Positions 45,798 through 56,147 of a DNA stretch of 64,000 nucleotides are shown here, one piece after another (position 1 is the first letter of the stretch; each line of letters begins with the position of its first letter). This DNA comes from a virus (lineage: Duplodnaviria > Caudoviricetes). The position numbers and the translations under genes were made by a program. The notes beneath the pieces are model-generated. The model was not told the origin of the DNA. It did no database searches and saw only the letters and a list, made by a program, of their open reading frames with translations. The stretch is from the IMG/VR virus record IMGVR_UViG_3300010347_002584, positions 1,443 to 65,442 of that record. One strand, 5' to 3'.

Positions 45798-46484
45798 TTA
45801 CTTTTTGTTTTTTGGTTCTCTAGATGTAGAATGTGCTCTCATAGTTTTCATATCAAAATAGATTTCCGAATTTGTGAGGTCCATATTTTGTATATTATAG
45901 AAGGACCAACACATAATTGTTGCAACCCCTAAGTTCGTAAAGAATAATTGGGGTTCAGAGTTTTGTAACTCTTCACAACTCATTTCATTTGGCAATTTGT
46001 CTTCTGGATTTTCGATTTCTGGATGATAATCTGTCAGACTTGGTGTTAGATTTTCACCTCCTTTTCGGACATAGATTTGAACATTTCCATCTGTAAGATC
46101 ATTTCCTCCAGAGATAATAGTAATATCTTTCAGATTTTTAGCATAATCAGAAACAAGTTTCCTTGTTTTATGATTATCTACTGCTAGAAAAACAGTATCT
46201 CCTTCACTAATTATCTTATCTACAGTAGTTTCATCAATAAAATATGGAATATTCCTGAAATTAATATTCTCATATCTCGCTTTTAACTCATTTGTCTTAA
46301 CCACTGCCTTATTACCCAAAGAGAAGAAATCTTGACGTTCAAAATTTTTCTCTTCGTAATAATCACCATCAACTAGTGTAATTGTTGTTTCCTGATCTTT
46401 TTTAAAATTTTTATATCTAGAAATTTTATCAGATAAGATTGAACCAATTCCTCCAAGACCAATAATAACAATTCGTTCCATCAA
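45798..46484 (-). CDS. E1-like activating enzyme (ThiF family)
   Basis: VIIGLGGIGS, LVDGD..EEKNFERQ, AVDN..TR, candidate catalytic Cys in SCEE. Confidence 0.9.
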   Translation of the reverse strand: MMERIVIIGLGGIGSILSDKISRYKNFKKDQETTITLVDGDYYEEKNFERQDFFSLGNKAVVKTNELKARYENINFRNIPYFIDETTVDKIISEGDTVFLAVDNHKTRKLVSDYAKNLKDITIISGGNDLTDGNVQIYVRKGGENLTPSLTDYHPEIENPEDKLPNEMSCEELQNSEPQLFFTNLGVATIMCWSFYNIQNMDLTNSEIYFDMKTMRAHSTSREPKNKK

Positions 46485-46493
46485 ATCCTCCCA

Positions 46494-47639
46494 TCACTCC
46501 CAGTATTTATATAAACCACAGCTATCATAAAGTTCAGTATTTTCTAGTTCAGAATATTTTTTATTTTCACTTCCATCTTTGTAATTATCTGCAACTGGTT
46601 CTAGAGCTTTTGTAACATCATTTTTGGTTAATTTATATTCTCGGAAAATACAATCCTTACATGGATTGTATTCCACATATCTTTTTGAGTCGAAATCCAG
46701 TTCACCTTGTCTATTCTTCTCATTTGTTCCTTCCCACCAATTCTCCCCATGTCCATAGTGATATCTTCCATACGAACGGTTTGGAATTTCACTGATAGAA
46801 CCAATAGTTTCACCACCAGAACGTTCTTCTGTAATCTCAATTAGTTTCTTCTGTTCATTATCCCATACCCATCTTGTATACTTATAACTAAGTGTCTTCT
46901 TCTTTACAAACTGCATCCAATTTCTATCAAACTCTTTATCCTTATCTGAAACACCATTGATAGTATAACCAATATGTGTTTTTAAATCTTTGTTATACTG
47001 TTTTTCTCCGTTTACAATTGTAAATGATGGTTTAAATTGGTTGGGATTATAGTATGAAAATTCTACCAAATCAAGATTTTCAATATAGTCAAGTGGATTA
47101 ACCATAAATCTTGATCCATTTGTAACAATTGAAGCAGAAATATCCATTACATCATGGTTCATTTTTCCAAGAGTAATGTGCAGTCCATCAAAATTCTTTT
47201 CATCGTCACTATCTGTTCCTGAGTGGAAAGCACTCATACTACCGTGACTATGAATAGAACACATAAGAACGTGGTTCTTAAATGTTTTATCTTTAACATA
47301 ATCAAGACTTGCACCACTAACTTCTTGCTTTGGAATATAAGTTTTATATTTTTTTGTTTCTAGATTATAATATAAAAGAGCTACACATTCCGAATAGTAC
47401 TCTTTATATACCTCCTTAAAGAAACTATAAATCTTAGCAAACACAGAACCAGGGATCTTTTCAATATTTAATTTTGCATATGGTTTTAGATCCCCAAGAA
47501 TAGAGATTTTATCCACTTTAGACAAGCTTTCTATTAGTCCAACTTTTTTCTTCAAAAGGATTCCATCCTTTGCAATTAAATAGCAGATATCATCCTTTGG
47601 AAGCTCTTCACCTTCGTTATATACATATACATTAAACAT
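46494..47639 (-). CDS. JAB/MPN+ metallopeptidase (Ubl processing / deconjugase)
   Basis: ECVALL, then HSHGSMSAFHSGTDSDDE (E..HSH..S..D). GLHITLG. Confidence 0.9.
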   Translation of the reverse strand: MFNVYVYNEGEELPKDDICYLIAKDGILLKKKVGLIESLSKVDKISILGDLKPYAKLNIEKIPGSVFAKIYSFFKEVYKEYYSECVALLYYNLETKKYKTYIPKQEVSGASLDYVKDKTFKNHVLMCSIHSHGSMSAFHSGTDSDDEKNFDGLHITLGKMNHDVMDISASIVTNGSRFMVNPLDYIENLDLVEFSYYNPNQFKPSFTIVNGEKQYNKDLKTHIGYTINGVSDKDKEFDRNWMQFVKKKTLSYKYTRWVWDNEQKKLIEITEERSGGETIGSISEIPNRSYGRYHYGHGENWWEGTNEKNRQGELDFDSKRYVEYNPCKDCIFREYKLTKNDVTKALEPVADNYKDGSENKKYSELENTELYDSCGLYKYWE

Positions 47640-47651
47640 TAGTTAATAACC

Positions 47652-50240
47652 TCACTTCTCATATAAAGAAAATTGGGAAATGGATTTAATATATCCCCCA
47701 AGAAGGTTCGGAAATGCACGAACAAATCTTTCTTCTGCTTTTCTTCTTTCAGAATATCTTGGTCTACAAAATCCATATCTTCTTAGTCCATACCTTGAGT
47801 AACTTTCTGGTTTATTGTGAACATTAATAGTATTTCTAATTGTGTACGAATTTTTCTCCATTGGATAAGCAATATTTAAAAAGTATGAGTAATTTTTACT
47901 AGAAAAGTCGGAAGGAGTATTTTTATAGAAATAAATAACATCTGTCTTTTGCTGATTATCTCTAATAATATAGAAATCGCCAAGTTGGTCTTTTAATTCA
48001 GTTGGATCAACCGCTGGAGATAATTTATTCAAAAGACGGTTATACATTCTGTGTCTTTTTGGATAAATTTCAAATTGATCCATCTCATCTGCCCAAAGTG
48101 TAAGACCATTTGAGCAAAGAACTAAAGGTGGATGTGAAATTGTATCTGTAATTAGACCAACAATCTTATTTACATCTTTTTTCAAGAAGTATGGAATTCT
48201 TGGAGTCTTTGCTACAATTATATTTCCATTCTCAAGATTTTTAACGTTAAGATTAATTTTTCTTATTGATCCAACATATACCATATTTTGTTTGAAATCT
48301 ATATACTTATCCTTCCTTAAAACTCCAGTTTCAGGATCAATCGTTAAAATAAATAAGTATTGTTCATCATAGACAAAAGAGTGAATCTTTCGTGGAGTTA
48401 CCATATCATATATATTTGTCCAATCTGCTACAACAACATCATCCCCAACATTAAATTCTATATCTGAGTCATATGATGGAATTAATAACTTGTTTCCATC
48501 AGATTTAATAAGATCCTGAATAGCCAGATCTTTATTATATGATGCAGCTTCTCCACTATTGTATTTTCTTTCATCCATAATGACACAATCCTTAACAACA
48601 AAGACATCCTTATTGTTAAGTTGATATAATTTATTTAAAATTCTAAAGGTTCTTGTGGCGGGTTCCTTCAAATCTTCAGTTTTGATTACTGTATACTCTA
48701 GTGCCTCTTCATTCTCATGATATCCTTGACAATAAACTCTCCACCTTCTAGTAGTCTGTCCAGCTGGAATATATTTTTTATTTTCATTAAATGTTAATAT
48801 AATATCTCCCTCTGTGGTCACTTCATGTCCAGTATAAAGGATATGACTAAAATACTTAAACATATCATTTGTATTTCTATAAATAATATATTCTTCATCT
48901 TTCTTGATATCAATTGAGGAATATCTTGGTTTAATTTCACCCATCTTTCTGGCATCAATTTTATCTAAAAGATAGTAATCAGATGGATCACCTTTTAACA
49001 TTACTTCAAAATTTCCATCTCTACCAAGTCTTATTTTCTCAATTGTTTTTATCTTTTTAAATGGATAATTAACAATAATTGAGTCTCCAGCAGATACTTC
49101 AGAACCATCCGCTAACTTAATTTTATCAACGAGAGATTCTTTTATCTTAAATGCACTAGCAGGAATCTTTTGGACATTGACCATTTTAGAACTACCATCA
49201 GTATCTTCTAAGTTAAGATATGAAACATGACCACTAGCCTGATCTAAAATAATATCATTAATATAAAATGTTTTTTCATCTATTGTAATTTGATCCCCAA
49301 TAGAAAGAGGCTTGTTTTTCAAAAAACATGAATCTATAGATCCAATTCTAGATGAAAACATTTGTCCATTAATTATTATAGGCGTTCGGGTTAGTATCTT
49401 TTTTAAATTTGACAGAATTCTGGATGAATCAACGAAAGGCTCACCATAGTGTTGAAAGAATAAATCACATGCTTTTTTCAAATGGTTCTCGTACTTAAGA
49501 TATTTAACATTAAATATAAACATTGGATCAACTGCTGTATGGTATGCCCACGAAACAAAATCCTTAAACTCTGGAACTTGTTCCGCATACTCAGCATAAT
49601 TAGTAATATAATCTGTATTGAACGAGTTTGCCCAAAATGCAGAAATAACTGAGTTTACTCCTTCAGATAATCCATCATAGTCATTTTTTATATCACCCAA
49701 ACAAACTGTTTCGTGACCTCCAATATTTGGAAGATTTGCTTTTAAAAGATAATCATATTCTGAACTTATTGGTGATAACCTATAAAAGACCTTCATTCTC
49801 ATGAATCTATTTAATTGGTTAAACAGTAATACATATATAACATAGGGAAAAGATAATGTAATTTTATATGGTCTGGTTTTTCCAATGAGATCATCTACTT
49901 TCACTACTTTGTCTTTACCTGTAATCTTAAAATTCTCTACACATGAACTAAAATCGAAATCAACATTAACTGTTCTTACAGCAGGAGGGTCTTCAATGAC
50001 AATTAGTTTATATCCATTATCATTTATATCTACATATCTACAATTTCTTGGAAGAACCACACCTTTTACAGAAAATGTAGTCAGGAGTCTCTTATAAAAC
50101 TCTTCAGTTTTTACCAAGTTAGTTCGTTTATATGAAAGATACTCATTCTTAGTATTTACAACCGATGCAACCTTTGTGACATATTCTGGACCAATATATA
50201 TTTCTTGAAAGTTATCATTCACATCTTCGCTGAAGCTCAT
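47652..50240 (-). CDS. prokaryotic E2 family D-like domain fused to a long unknown C-terminal region
   Basis: LSFPYVIY, ANLPNIGGHETVCLG (PN..C), FWANSFNTD. About 600 further residues with SH3/KOW-like GD repeats. Confidence 0.75.
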   Translation of the reverse strand: MSFSEDVNDNFQEIYIGPEYVTKVASVVNTKNEYLSYKRTNLVKTEEFYKRLLTTFSVKGVVLPRNCRYVDINDNGYKLIVIEDPPAVRTVNVDFDFSSCVENFKITGKDKVVKVDDLIGKTRPYKITLSFPYVIYVLLFNQLNRFMRMKVFYRLSPISSEYDYLLKANLPNIGGHETVCLGDIKNDYDGLSEGVNSVISAFWANSFNTDYITNYAEYAEQVPEFKDFVSWAYHTAVDPMFIFNVKYLKYENHLKKACDLFFQHYGEPFVDSSRILSNLKKILTRTPIIINGQMFSSRIGSIDSCFLKNKPLSIGDQITIDEKTFYINDIILDQASGHVSYLNLEDTDGSSKMVNVQKIPASAFKIKESLVDKIKLADGSEVSAGDSIIVNYPFKKIKTIEKIRLGRDGNFEVMLKGDPSDYYLLDKIDARKMGEIKPRYSSIDIKKDEEYIIYRNTNDMFKYFSHILYTGHEVTTEGDIILTFNENKKYIPAGQTTRRWRVYCQGYHENEEALEYTVIKTEDLKEPATRTFRILNKLYQLNNKDVFVVKDCVIMDERKYNSGEAASYNKDLAIQDLIKSDGNKLLIPSYDSDIEFNVGDDVVVADWTNIYDMVTPRKIHSFVYDEQYLFILTIDPETGVLRKDKYIDFKQNMVYVGSIRKINLNVKNLENGNIIVAKTPRIPYFLKKDVNKIVGLITDTISHPPLVLCSNGLTLWADEMDQFEIYPKRHRMYNRLLNKLSPAVDPTELKDQLGDFYIIRDNQQKTDVIYFYKNTPSDFSSKNYSYFLNIAYPMEKNSYTIRNTINVHNKPESYSRYGLRRYGFCRPRYSERRKAEERFVRAFPNLLGGYIKSISQFSLYEK

Positions 50241-50243
50241 TTT

Positions 50244-50627
50244 TTACTCCTTCATTAGATATTTCATTATTCTTGCGTACTCAATAATTATTTTATTTGG
50301 GTCAGTTTCATTTATATCCCAACTTTTTACTCGTTTCATTCTAGTTCTCTCTGTTCCACTATTGGTATATGGACCAGTCCAATAACCAACAAAGAATGAT
50401 CCGGGAGCTTCTCTTTCAAGACAAAGATAACCAATTTCTTCTCGATCTCTACCTTTACATTCAATGGCTAAGAAAATATTTGCACCCTTTGGCATCCTAT
50501 CTGGATACTCAAATTTTCCCTTCTCTTCATCATATATTCGATCTGAAATTATTTTAACAGACTCGTCTATACCAGATATGGGATCACTTTTTAAGTCATT
50601 TATAATACTATCTAGGATTCCCATCAT
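50244..50627 (-). CDS. hypothetical protein
   Basis: Co-directional coupled ORF. Confidence 0.55.
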   Translation of the reverse strand: MMGILDSIINDLKSDPISGIDESVKIISDRIYDEEKGKFEYPDRMPKGANIFLAIECKGRDREEIGYLCLEREAPGSFFVGYWTGPYTNSGTERTRMKRVKSWDINETDPNKIIIEYARIMKYLMKE

Positions 50628-50968
50628 ATTCCTCCAACAAGTGTATGTTTTTCAATCATTTTAGAAACTTCCTCATACATTAAATCTATAAACTTATCCT
50701 TATCTTTAATCCTTCCATTTATAAAGTGGAATGATAAAGAACTGAATAAATCTAAAATAAATCGAACTAATCTTTTATCGTCTAATACTAAATCTCCCTC
50801 AATCATAGATGCTTTATTACCACTAATATCTATCATTGAAAATTTCTCTTTAATACCATTAAATTGTAAATCTTGAATTCTCAATATACAGTTTGGAGCA
50901 TTTAGCCAAACCCTTCCCGATTGTGTATCAATATCTATTGTTCCAATAATATCCTTAGAAATTACCAT
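50624..50968 (-). CDS. hypothetical protein
   Basis: Co-directional ORF behind GGAGG. Confidence 0.55.
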   Translation of the reverse strand: MVISKDIIGTIDIDTQSGRVWLNAPNCILRIQDLQFNGIKEKFSMIDISGNKASMIEGDLVLDDKRLVRFILDLFSSLSFHFINGRIKDKDKFIDLMYEEVSKMIEKHTLVGGI

Positions 50969-50978
50969 ATTTCTCCTC

Positions 50979-51290
50979 CTATTTCAACTTTATTATATAA
51001 GACTTCTTGTTAGAAGGAGTAACAAGGTAATCAACTCTATCAAAAGGAACACTTCTCCAATCTTGTTTCTCTATATCATATACTCTTAAAATATGTTTAT
51101 CATTAATAAGTTTTAGAATCTTTGCCAAATCAACACCCTTTGGATGTTTCTCTTTTGGAATTTTAGAGAAATCTAATGTACAATGCATTAGTCTTACAGT
51201 TCCATCCAATTTTTTGAATTTAATAGAAACAGTCTTCTCTACTTTAATTTTATTTAAAAAATCTATTGCAGAAGTTATTGTTTCTGACAC
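50979..51290 (-). CDS. WYL_2/Sm-like SH3-fold phage protein
   Basis: IKFKKLDGTVR.M.CTL...VYDIEK.DWRS pattern. Confidence 0.65.
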   Translation of the reverse strand: MSETITSAIDFLNKIKVEKTVSIKFKKLDGTVRLMHCTLDFSKIPKEKHPKGVDLAKILKLINDKHILRVYDIEKQDWRSVPFDRVDYLVTPSNKKSYIIKLK

Positions 51291-51291
51291 G

Positions 51292-52335
51292 TCACTTTCT
51301 CCTTTCAGAATGAATCAAATCAGATGTCATTTCAGAGTTTGAAGCTATTATTTGACTCATTCTCATACAAGTCCAGTTACATAGACGACAATAATGTAAC
51401 TTATCTCTTGTAAGCATTGGTTTCAACCTTGGATTCAAAGAGAAATCTTTTTCAAATAAATTACTGAGATTAATTCTTCTTGGTGTATCTACACCTCTAA
51501 TTCTCAAACACAGTCGTATTGTTCCATCTGCATCAATAGATAGGTTATGAATATTCTTTTCAATTTCACAATCCATATTAGATGGAAGATCATTATATAT
51601 CTTTGGAAGTAATACTTCTGCCATATGAACATTTAAGTCAGCATCTATAATTTTTTTCAGTTGTTCTTGAACATATTGTGACTTTTCAACTAAAAGATTT
51701 TTATCTGTAACATTGGAAAAATCATAGTACTTACTTTTTGCAATATCAATAAATGTTATGTCACTATTAATACCCAGTTCAGTAAGTTTTTCAACTAATG
51801 GAAATAGAAATGGTAATGTGTCATTGTCAACTGTAATCTCTGCAACCAAATCTTTTATTATACCAATAAACTCAGTAAGTCTTTTTAATCCAGCAATACT
51901 TTTCTCTACCCTGTCACCTGTAGCTGCTTTATCAAATATAACTGGATCTACAGATGATGTTAATCCTGTGATATAGTTTACTTTTGTTAATAAATTTTCT
52001 ATCATTGGTTGCACATCATTGCTGTTATTAGTAATAATTGTATAGTTAATATCATTTGTATTACAGAAATGAACTATTTCAGGAAGATCTTTTCTTAGTA
52101 ATGGTTCACCTCCATACAATATATGAAATGAACTAGAATTATGTTTTTTAAAACTATCTAATCCCTTGAGAATCATTTCTGTTGACATTTCGTTTTTATG
52201 GTATAAAGAAATTTGTGGATATTCTTCTGGAATATCCCTATAATTCCTTACTATTCTACAATATGAGCATTTCAAATTACATTTTCTAGTTAATAACCAA
52301 CTAACAATATGAACCATATCCTTCGTCATAAACAA
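51292..52335 (-). CDS. radical SAM enzyme
   Basis: CNLKCSYC (CxxxCxxC), YGGEPLL, C-terminal Cys cluster (SPASM/twitch-like). Confidence 0.85.
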   Translation of the reverse strand: MFMTKDMVHIVSWLLTRKCNLKCSYCRIVRNYRDIPEEYPQISLYHKNEMSTEMILKGLDSFKKHNSSSFHILYGGEPLLRKDLPEIVHFCNTNDINYTIITNNSNDVQPMIENLLTKVNYITGLTSSVDPVIFDKAATGDRVEKSIAGLKRLTEFIGIIKDLVAEITVDNDTLPFLFPLVEKLTELGINSDITFIDIAKSKYYDFSNVTDKNLLVEKSQYVQEQLKKIIDADLNVHMAEVLLPKIYNDLPSNMDCEIEKNIHNLSIDADGTIRLCLRIRGVDTPRRINLSNLFEKDFSLNPRLKPMLTRDKLHYCRLCNWTCMRMSQIIASNSEMTSDLIHSERRK

Positions 52336-52340
52336 CTCCG

Positions 52341-52658
52341 TTATTTCATGATCTTTGGTTTTTCGATTCTATTTCCTGTTGGAATAACTAGATTAGATGT
52401 TTGAGCAATATACTGATCTGCCAGTCTCTTATCAGCATCAATTGGAAGAACAATGATAGAATCATATCTAACTGTGATTTCATCTCCTTGCATTGGAAGA
52501 AATGGAAGAAGTAAATAACTAATTCCTTCATGTGTTACCATTTCTTTTACTGCCATTGGTTTGGTTAGTTTAACAAGAGTTCTTCCACTTTCTTCTATTA
52601 CTTCAAAGTAACAGATTAGTTTCTCACCATTTGTCAGAACCAAAAGTTGCGGTGTCAT
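52341..52658 (-). CDS. Sm-like phage protein
   Basis: LVLTNGEKLIC...KPM...LLPF.P......YIAQTSNLVIP pattern common in T4-like phages. Confidence 0.5.
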   Translation of the reverse strand: MTPQLLVLTNGEKLICYFEVIEESGRTLVKLTKPMAVKEMVTHEGISYLLLPFLPMQGDEITVRYDSIIVLPIDADKRLADQYIAQTSNLVIPTGNRIEKPKIMK

Positions 52659-52667
52659 AAATTCTCC

Positions 52668-54848
52668 TTAGAATAATTGTAATACTTCATCACAGTCAAT
52701 AAGATCTATTGCCCTATGACTAATAATATTTGTTGATTTTCCCTTTGTGAGAGATCTTAAAAGGTTTGATACATATGAGATATTCTTATCATCTAATGAG
52801 TCAAATATTTCATCTAGGAGTATTATATTCATTTTCATATCTTGAACAATATTCTGCAGGTCAGATAATGTCAAAATAGTAGCTATATCAATTATTCTTG
52901 TCTGACCTCCAGATAGCTGTTTTCTCATATTTGCTTTTGTAACTGTATCCAGAACCCTAATTGTAATTTTATCTCTTATTTCACCAGATTTATTTTCTCC
53001 TAGAGTATCGAATGATACTATATACCTCCCACCTATTGCCTCCAAGTATTCCATAATTCTCTTATTCATAAATGGAATTGTTTCATCAATTAACATACTT
53101 GGAATTCCACTCATTGAAAAACCACTTTTCCAAAATCTTAAAACATCATATTTATCTTCAATTTCAGAGAGAGAAACTCTACATCTTTCAATACTTTTCT
53201 CTACTTCTTTCTCTTTCTCAATCTGACTGTTTAAGAATGTGTCATCATATTCTTCTACCTCTTTCTTAGCAATAGTTTCTAACGTCGCCTTAATTTTAGC
53301 TTTAACTTCATTAATCATCTCTAAGTACTTCTGCTTTTCAAGTATCTTAATATTTATCTTCTCTATTTTTGGTTGTAACTCAACTAGATCTTTTTTAACT
53401 GAAGATGATTCCTCGTTATAATCGGCTTTTACTTTTTCAATCATTCTCAATTCTATATCTAATAATTGCTTTAACTTATCTTTCAATCTTTCGTTTATAG
53501 AAGAAATCTTTTCCGCTGAAGAAGATTCTACTTTTCGTATTTCATCCACAATTTCTTTCTTAATTGAGTTTATACTTTCTGTAAGCTGTTCCTTTTTTGT
53601 CATAGAGGATCTTATTTCTTCTTTTGCATTTTCAATCTCTGACTTCAAAAGTTCGATATTACGATCTATTTCGGAAATTTTAAACTGTATCTCTTCAACT
53701 GTATGTTTTTGAATACTTTGTTTACATAATGGACATATAGAATCTGTTACACCACTAACGAGAGGTTCTTTTTCAGATTCTAGATTCGATATTCTCTTTG
53801 TATTTACTTTTACCATCAAATCTAGTTTTTCTAATCTCATTTTTATTGCCGTAACTTCATCCTCAAGTTTGTTTGTCCTCTCGTATAATTTGTCTTTTAA
53901 TGAGTCAATCAGTTTATTTGCCTCTTGCGTTTCTTTTGACCTAGCTTCTGTAGCAGAAGAAATTAATTCTGCTTCCTTAGCCCTTTTCCTATCTCTTATT
54001 GAAAGAATCTCAGCTTCCAATTTATTCTGAGCATTTTGAAAGATATTTCTTAATTCCATTTCCTTAGACAAAAGTTTTTCTTTTTCAGTTTCTAATTCAT
54101 TTCCAAATTTAAGATATCTTTCATTATACTGTTTTAGAGTATCTTCAAAATCAGAGATATTTTTATTTAAAGTATTTAGTTCTTCTTTTTTTCTTGTATA
54201 AAAATTTATTCTATCTATCTTTATATGTTCAATCTGTTTTTTAATTTCTGCCAGTAAACCTTCATTGATGTTTTTTTGGTTCGTCAAGCTCGTTACATCT
54301 TCTTCAAGACCTTTTAGTCTCTTATTTGTCTCTTCATAATACAATTGGTAGTCATCCAATTGCAATACTCTTCTAAATATTTCTTTCTGCTCAGAATCTG
54401 GAAGGTCTGTAAAAAAAGTTTTTACCTTCTGACCGAACAGTATTGTATTTGAAAACAATTTTTGTGGGAGTAAAATTCGTTCAATTTCTGCTACTACTTC
54501 ATTATGACCTTTTTTTATTTTTTTTCCATTTAGGGACAAAATAACTGTATTTCCAATTTTTGTATACTTACAGTACCTTTCACATTTATAATGATCATCA
54601 TCAATATAAAATTCAACATATGTATAACAATCTTTTCCAACAACATTATTAACTACATCATCCCCCTTTAAATTTTTTGGTGTTATTCCATAAAATGTGT
54701 ATGGAATAGAATCAAAAATTGTAGTTTTTCCAGAACCATTTGGTCCAGTAATCATTACAATTTTATCATTCTTGAACTCAAACTCCATTAGATCCGTGTA
54801 ACAGCAGAAATTCTGCATACCTACTTTTTTAAATTCTACAGATCTCAA
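52668..54848 (-). CDS. sbcC: SbcC/Rad50-like ATPase (T4 gp46-like)
   Basis: GPNGSGKT, coiled coil with CPLC hook, LSGGQ, LLDE.FDSLD. Confidence 0.93.
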   Translation of the reverse strand: MRSVEFKKVGMQNFCCYTDLMEFEFKNDKIVMITGPNGSGKTTIFDSIPYTFYGITPKNLKGDDVVNNVVGKDCYTYVEFYIDDDHYKCERYCKYTKIGNTVILSLNGKKIKKGHNEVVAEIERILLPQKLFSNTILFGQKVKTFFTDLPDSEQKEIFRRVLQLDDYQLYYEETNKRLKGLEEDVTSLTNQKNINEGLLAEIKKQIEHIKIDRINFYTRKKEELNTLNKNISDFEDTLKQYNERYLKFGNELETEKEKLLSKEMELRNIFQNAQNKLEAEILSIRDRKRAKEAELISSATEARSKETQEANKLIDSLKDKLYERTNKLEDEVTAIKMRLEKLDLMVKVNTKRISNLESEKEPLVSGVTDSICPLCKQSIQKHTVEEIQFKISEIDRNIELLKSEIENAKEEIRSSMTKKEQLTESINSIKKEIVDEIRKVESSSAEKISSINERLKDKLKQLLDIELRMIEKVKADYNEESSSVKKDLVELQPKIEKINIKILEKQKYLEMINEVKAKIKATLETIAKKEVEEYDDTFLNSQIEKEKEVEKSIERCRVSLSEIEDKYDVLRFWKSGFSMSGIPSMLIDETIPFMNKRIMEYLEAIGGRYIVSFDTLGENKSGEIRDKITIRVLDTVTKANMRKQLSGGQTRIIDIATILTLSDLQNIVQDMKMNIILLDEIFDSLDDKNISYVSNLLRSLTKGKSTNIISHRAIDLIDCDEVLQLF

Positions 54849-54860
54849 CTTTATTTCTCC

Positions 54861-55130
54861 TTATCGTATCCTTGAAATCCAATCAATTAGTCCTGTGCAT
54901 TTACATATATTACACCCTGCGTAAAAATTATAGTATGAGAAACCACTCCCATCACAAGATGAACAAATACTATATTCTCCATTTAGTGAACTAACCTTTT
55001 GTATGTTTTCCACTCTTCTTCTCTTACTTTTCCATTTATTTTGTTTTATCATATACCTATTTGGCCATATTATTTTATTATATTCTTTATCAGTATAGAA
55101 ACTTATGAAAATTCCATTATTCCATGGCAT
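54861..55130 (-). CDS. DnaJ-type Zn-finger microprotein (W-motif family)
   Basis: CSSCDGSG...CNICKCTGLIDWISRI. Inserted between sbcD and sbcC. Confidence 0.65.
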   Translation of the reverse strand: MPWNNGIFISFYTDKEYNKIIWPNRYMIKQNKWKSKRRRVENIQKVSSLNGEYSICSSCDGSGFSYYNFYAGCNICKCTGLIDWISRIR

Positions 55131-55132
55131 AT

Positions 55133-56146
55133 TTATTTCCTTTCAGATAGTGAGTTAATTATAGAAAGTGCTTCCTGTAAGTAAATATCTCTTTTTTCCT
55201 CGGGAATTCCATTTATTTCTACATATCTAGAAAGTTTATCTCTCATTGACATAGTAGAATTTACTCCCCTATTTGTAATATCTTTTTCAGTTTTATCAAT
55301 AACTACAAATTCTTCACTAATATCTGCTAAATTAACTTCCTCCTTCTTTGTAATTTTAACGCTATGACCTTCTTCTTTAAGTTGTCTTGCTTTCTTTATG
55401 ATATCTTCCTTATTTTCGTTTGTTATCTGAAAATCAAAAAACTTTTTATATCCAATAGTTGGAACAGATTTAATAGAATCAGTTTCTGTATCAACAACCA
55501 AAAATCTCTTTTCTTCTCCTTTTTCCCCCCAGTCATTTTGAGTTATAGATCCTGTATAGTATATCTCAATATCATCTTTAATAATTTCTTGAGGTTTATG
55601 GTAATGACCAAGAAGAACATATCTATATTTTCCAACTAAATCTTTTATACTAATATCTGAAACAATACTAACACCAGAATTAAATGTTGCTTCATTTAAT
55701 CCAAAATGAGAAATAAGATACTTAGAACTATTCTTTTTAATTATATCTATCATGTTATCAGAATATGGAACAATAAACATATTTTCAATCATAGTTGGTT
55801 CGTATATTCTTCTAACATTTGGTTCATTATCCAATGACTTCAACGCAGATACTACATCTTCTCCTTTTCCAGATAAATCATGATTTCCATCTAAAACAAT
55901 AAAATCTAGCATTTGATGTGATCTGAAAAAGTCAAGCATTACTGATTGGGCAATAGAGTGAATAATATTTTTATTGTGTAATATATCACCACCAACAATT
56001 ACAGTTTTAATATTATTAGTAATACAATACTTTCCAATATTTTCTTGTACAATTTTCTTCTCATATAATCTTTCAGGAAGTTTATTTATCATTTTATCCT
56101 GACTATAACCTGAAAGATGCCAGTCAGCTGAATAGACAAATTTCAT
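55133..56146 (-). CDS. sbcD: SbcD/Mre11-like nuclease (T4 gp47-like)
   Basis: SADWH, GGD, GNHD, SHF, LGHYH, YTGS. Confidence 0.93.
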   Translation of the reverse strand: MKFVYSADWHLSGYSQDKMINKLPERLYEKKIVQENIGKYCITNNIKTVIVGGDILHNKNIIHSIAQSVMLDFFRSHQMLDFIVLDGNHDLSGKGEDVVSALKSLDNEPNVRRIYEPTMIENMFIVPYSDNMIDIIKKNSSKYLISHFGLNEATFNSGVSIVSDISIKDLVGKYRYVLLGHYHKPQEIIKDDIEIYYTGSITQNDWGEKGEEKRFLVVDTETDSIKSVPTIGYKKFFDFQITNENKEDIIKKARQLKEEGHSVKITKKEEVNLADISEEFVVIDKTEKDITNRGVNSTMSMRDKLSRYVEINGIPEEKRDIYLQEALSIINSLSERK

Positions 56147-56147
56147 C

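Noticed and set aside
43125-50240. CBASS (Cap2/Cap3) or thiamine/molybdopterin biosynthesis as the explanation for the E1/E2/JAB genes
   Set aside because: No CD-NTase or effector, and no thiG/thiO/moaE/cysteine desulfurase in the window. E2 domains and a GxKG-ending Ubl point to conjugation instead.
51292-52335. Calling the radical SAM gene queE
   Set aside because: Only the generic CxxxCxxC and GGEP motifs are visible. It is longer than typical QueE, has a C-terminal Cys cluster and is not adjacent to queD.
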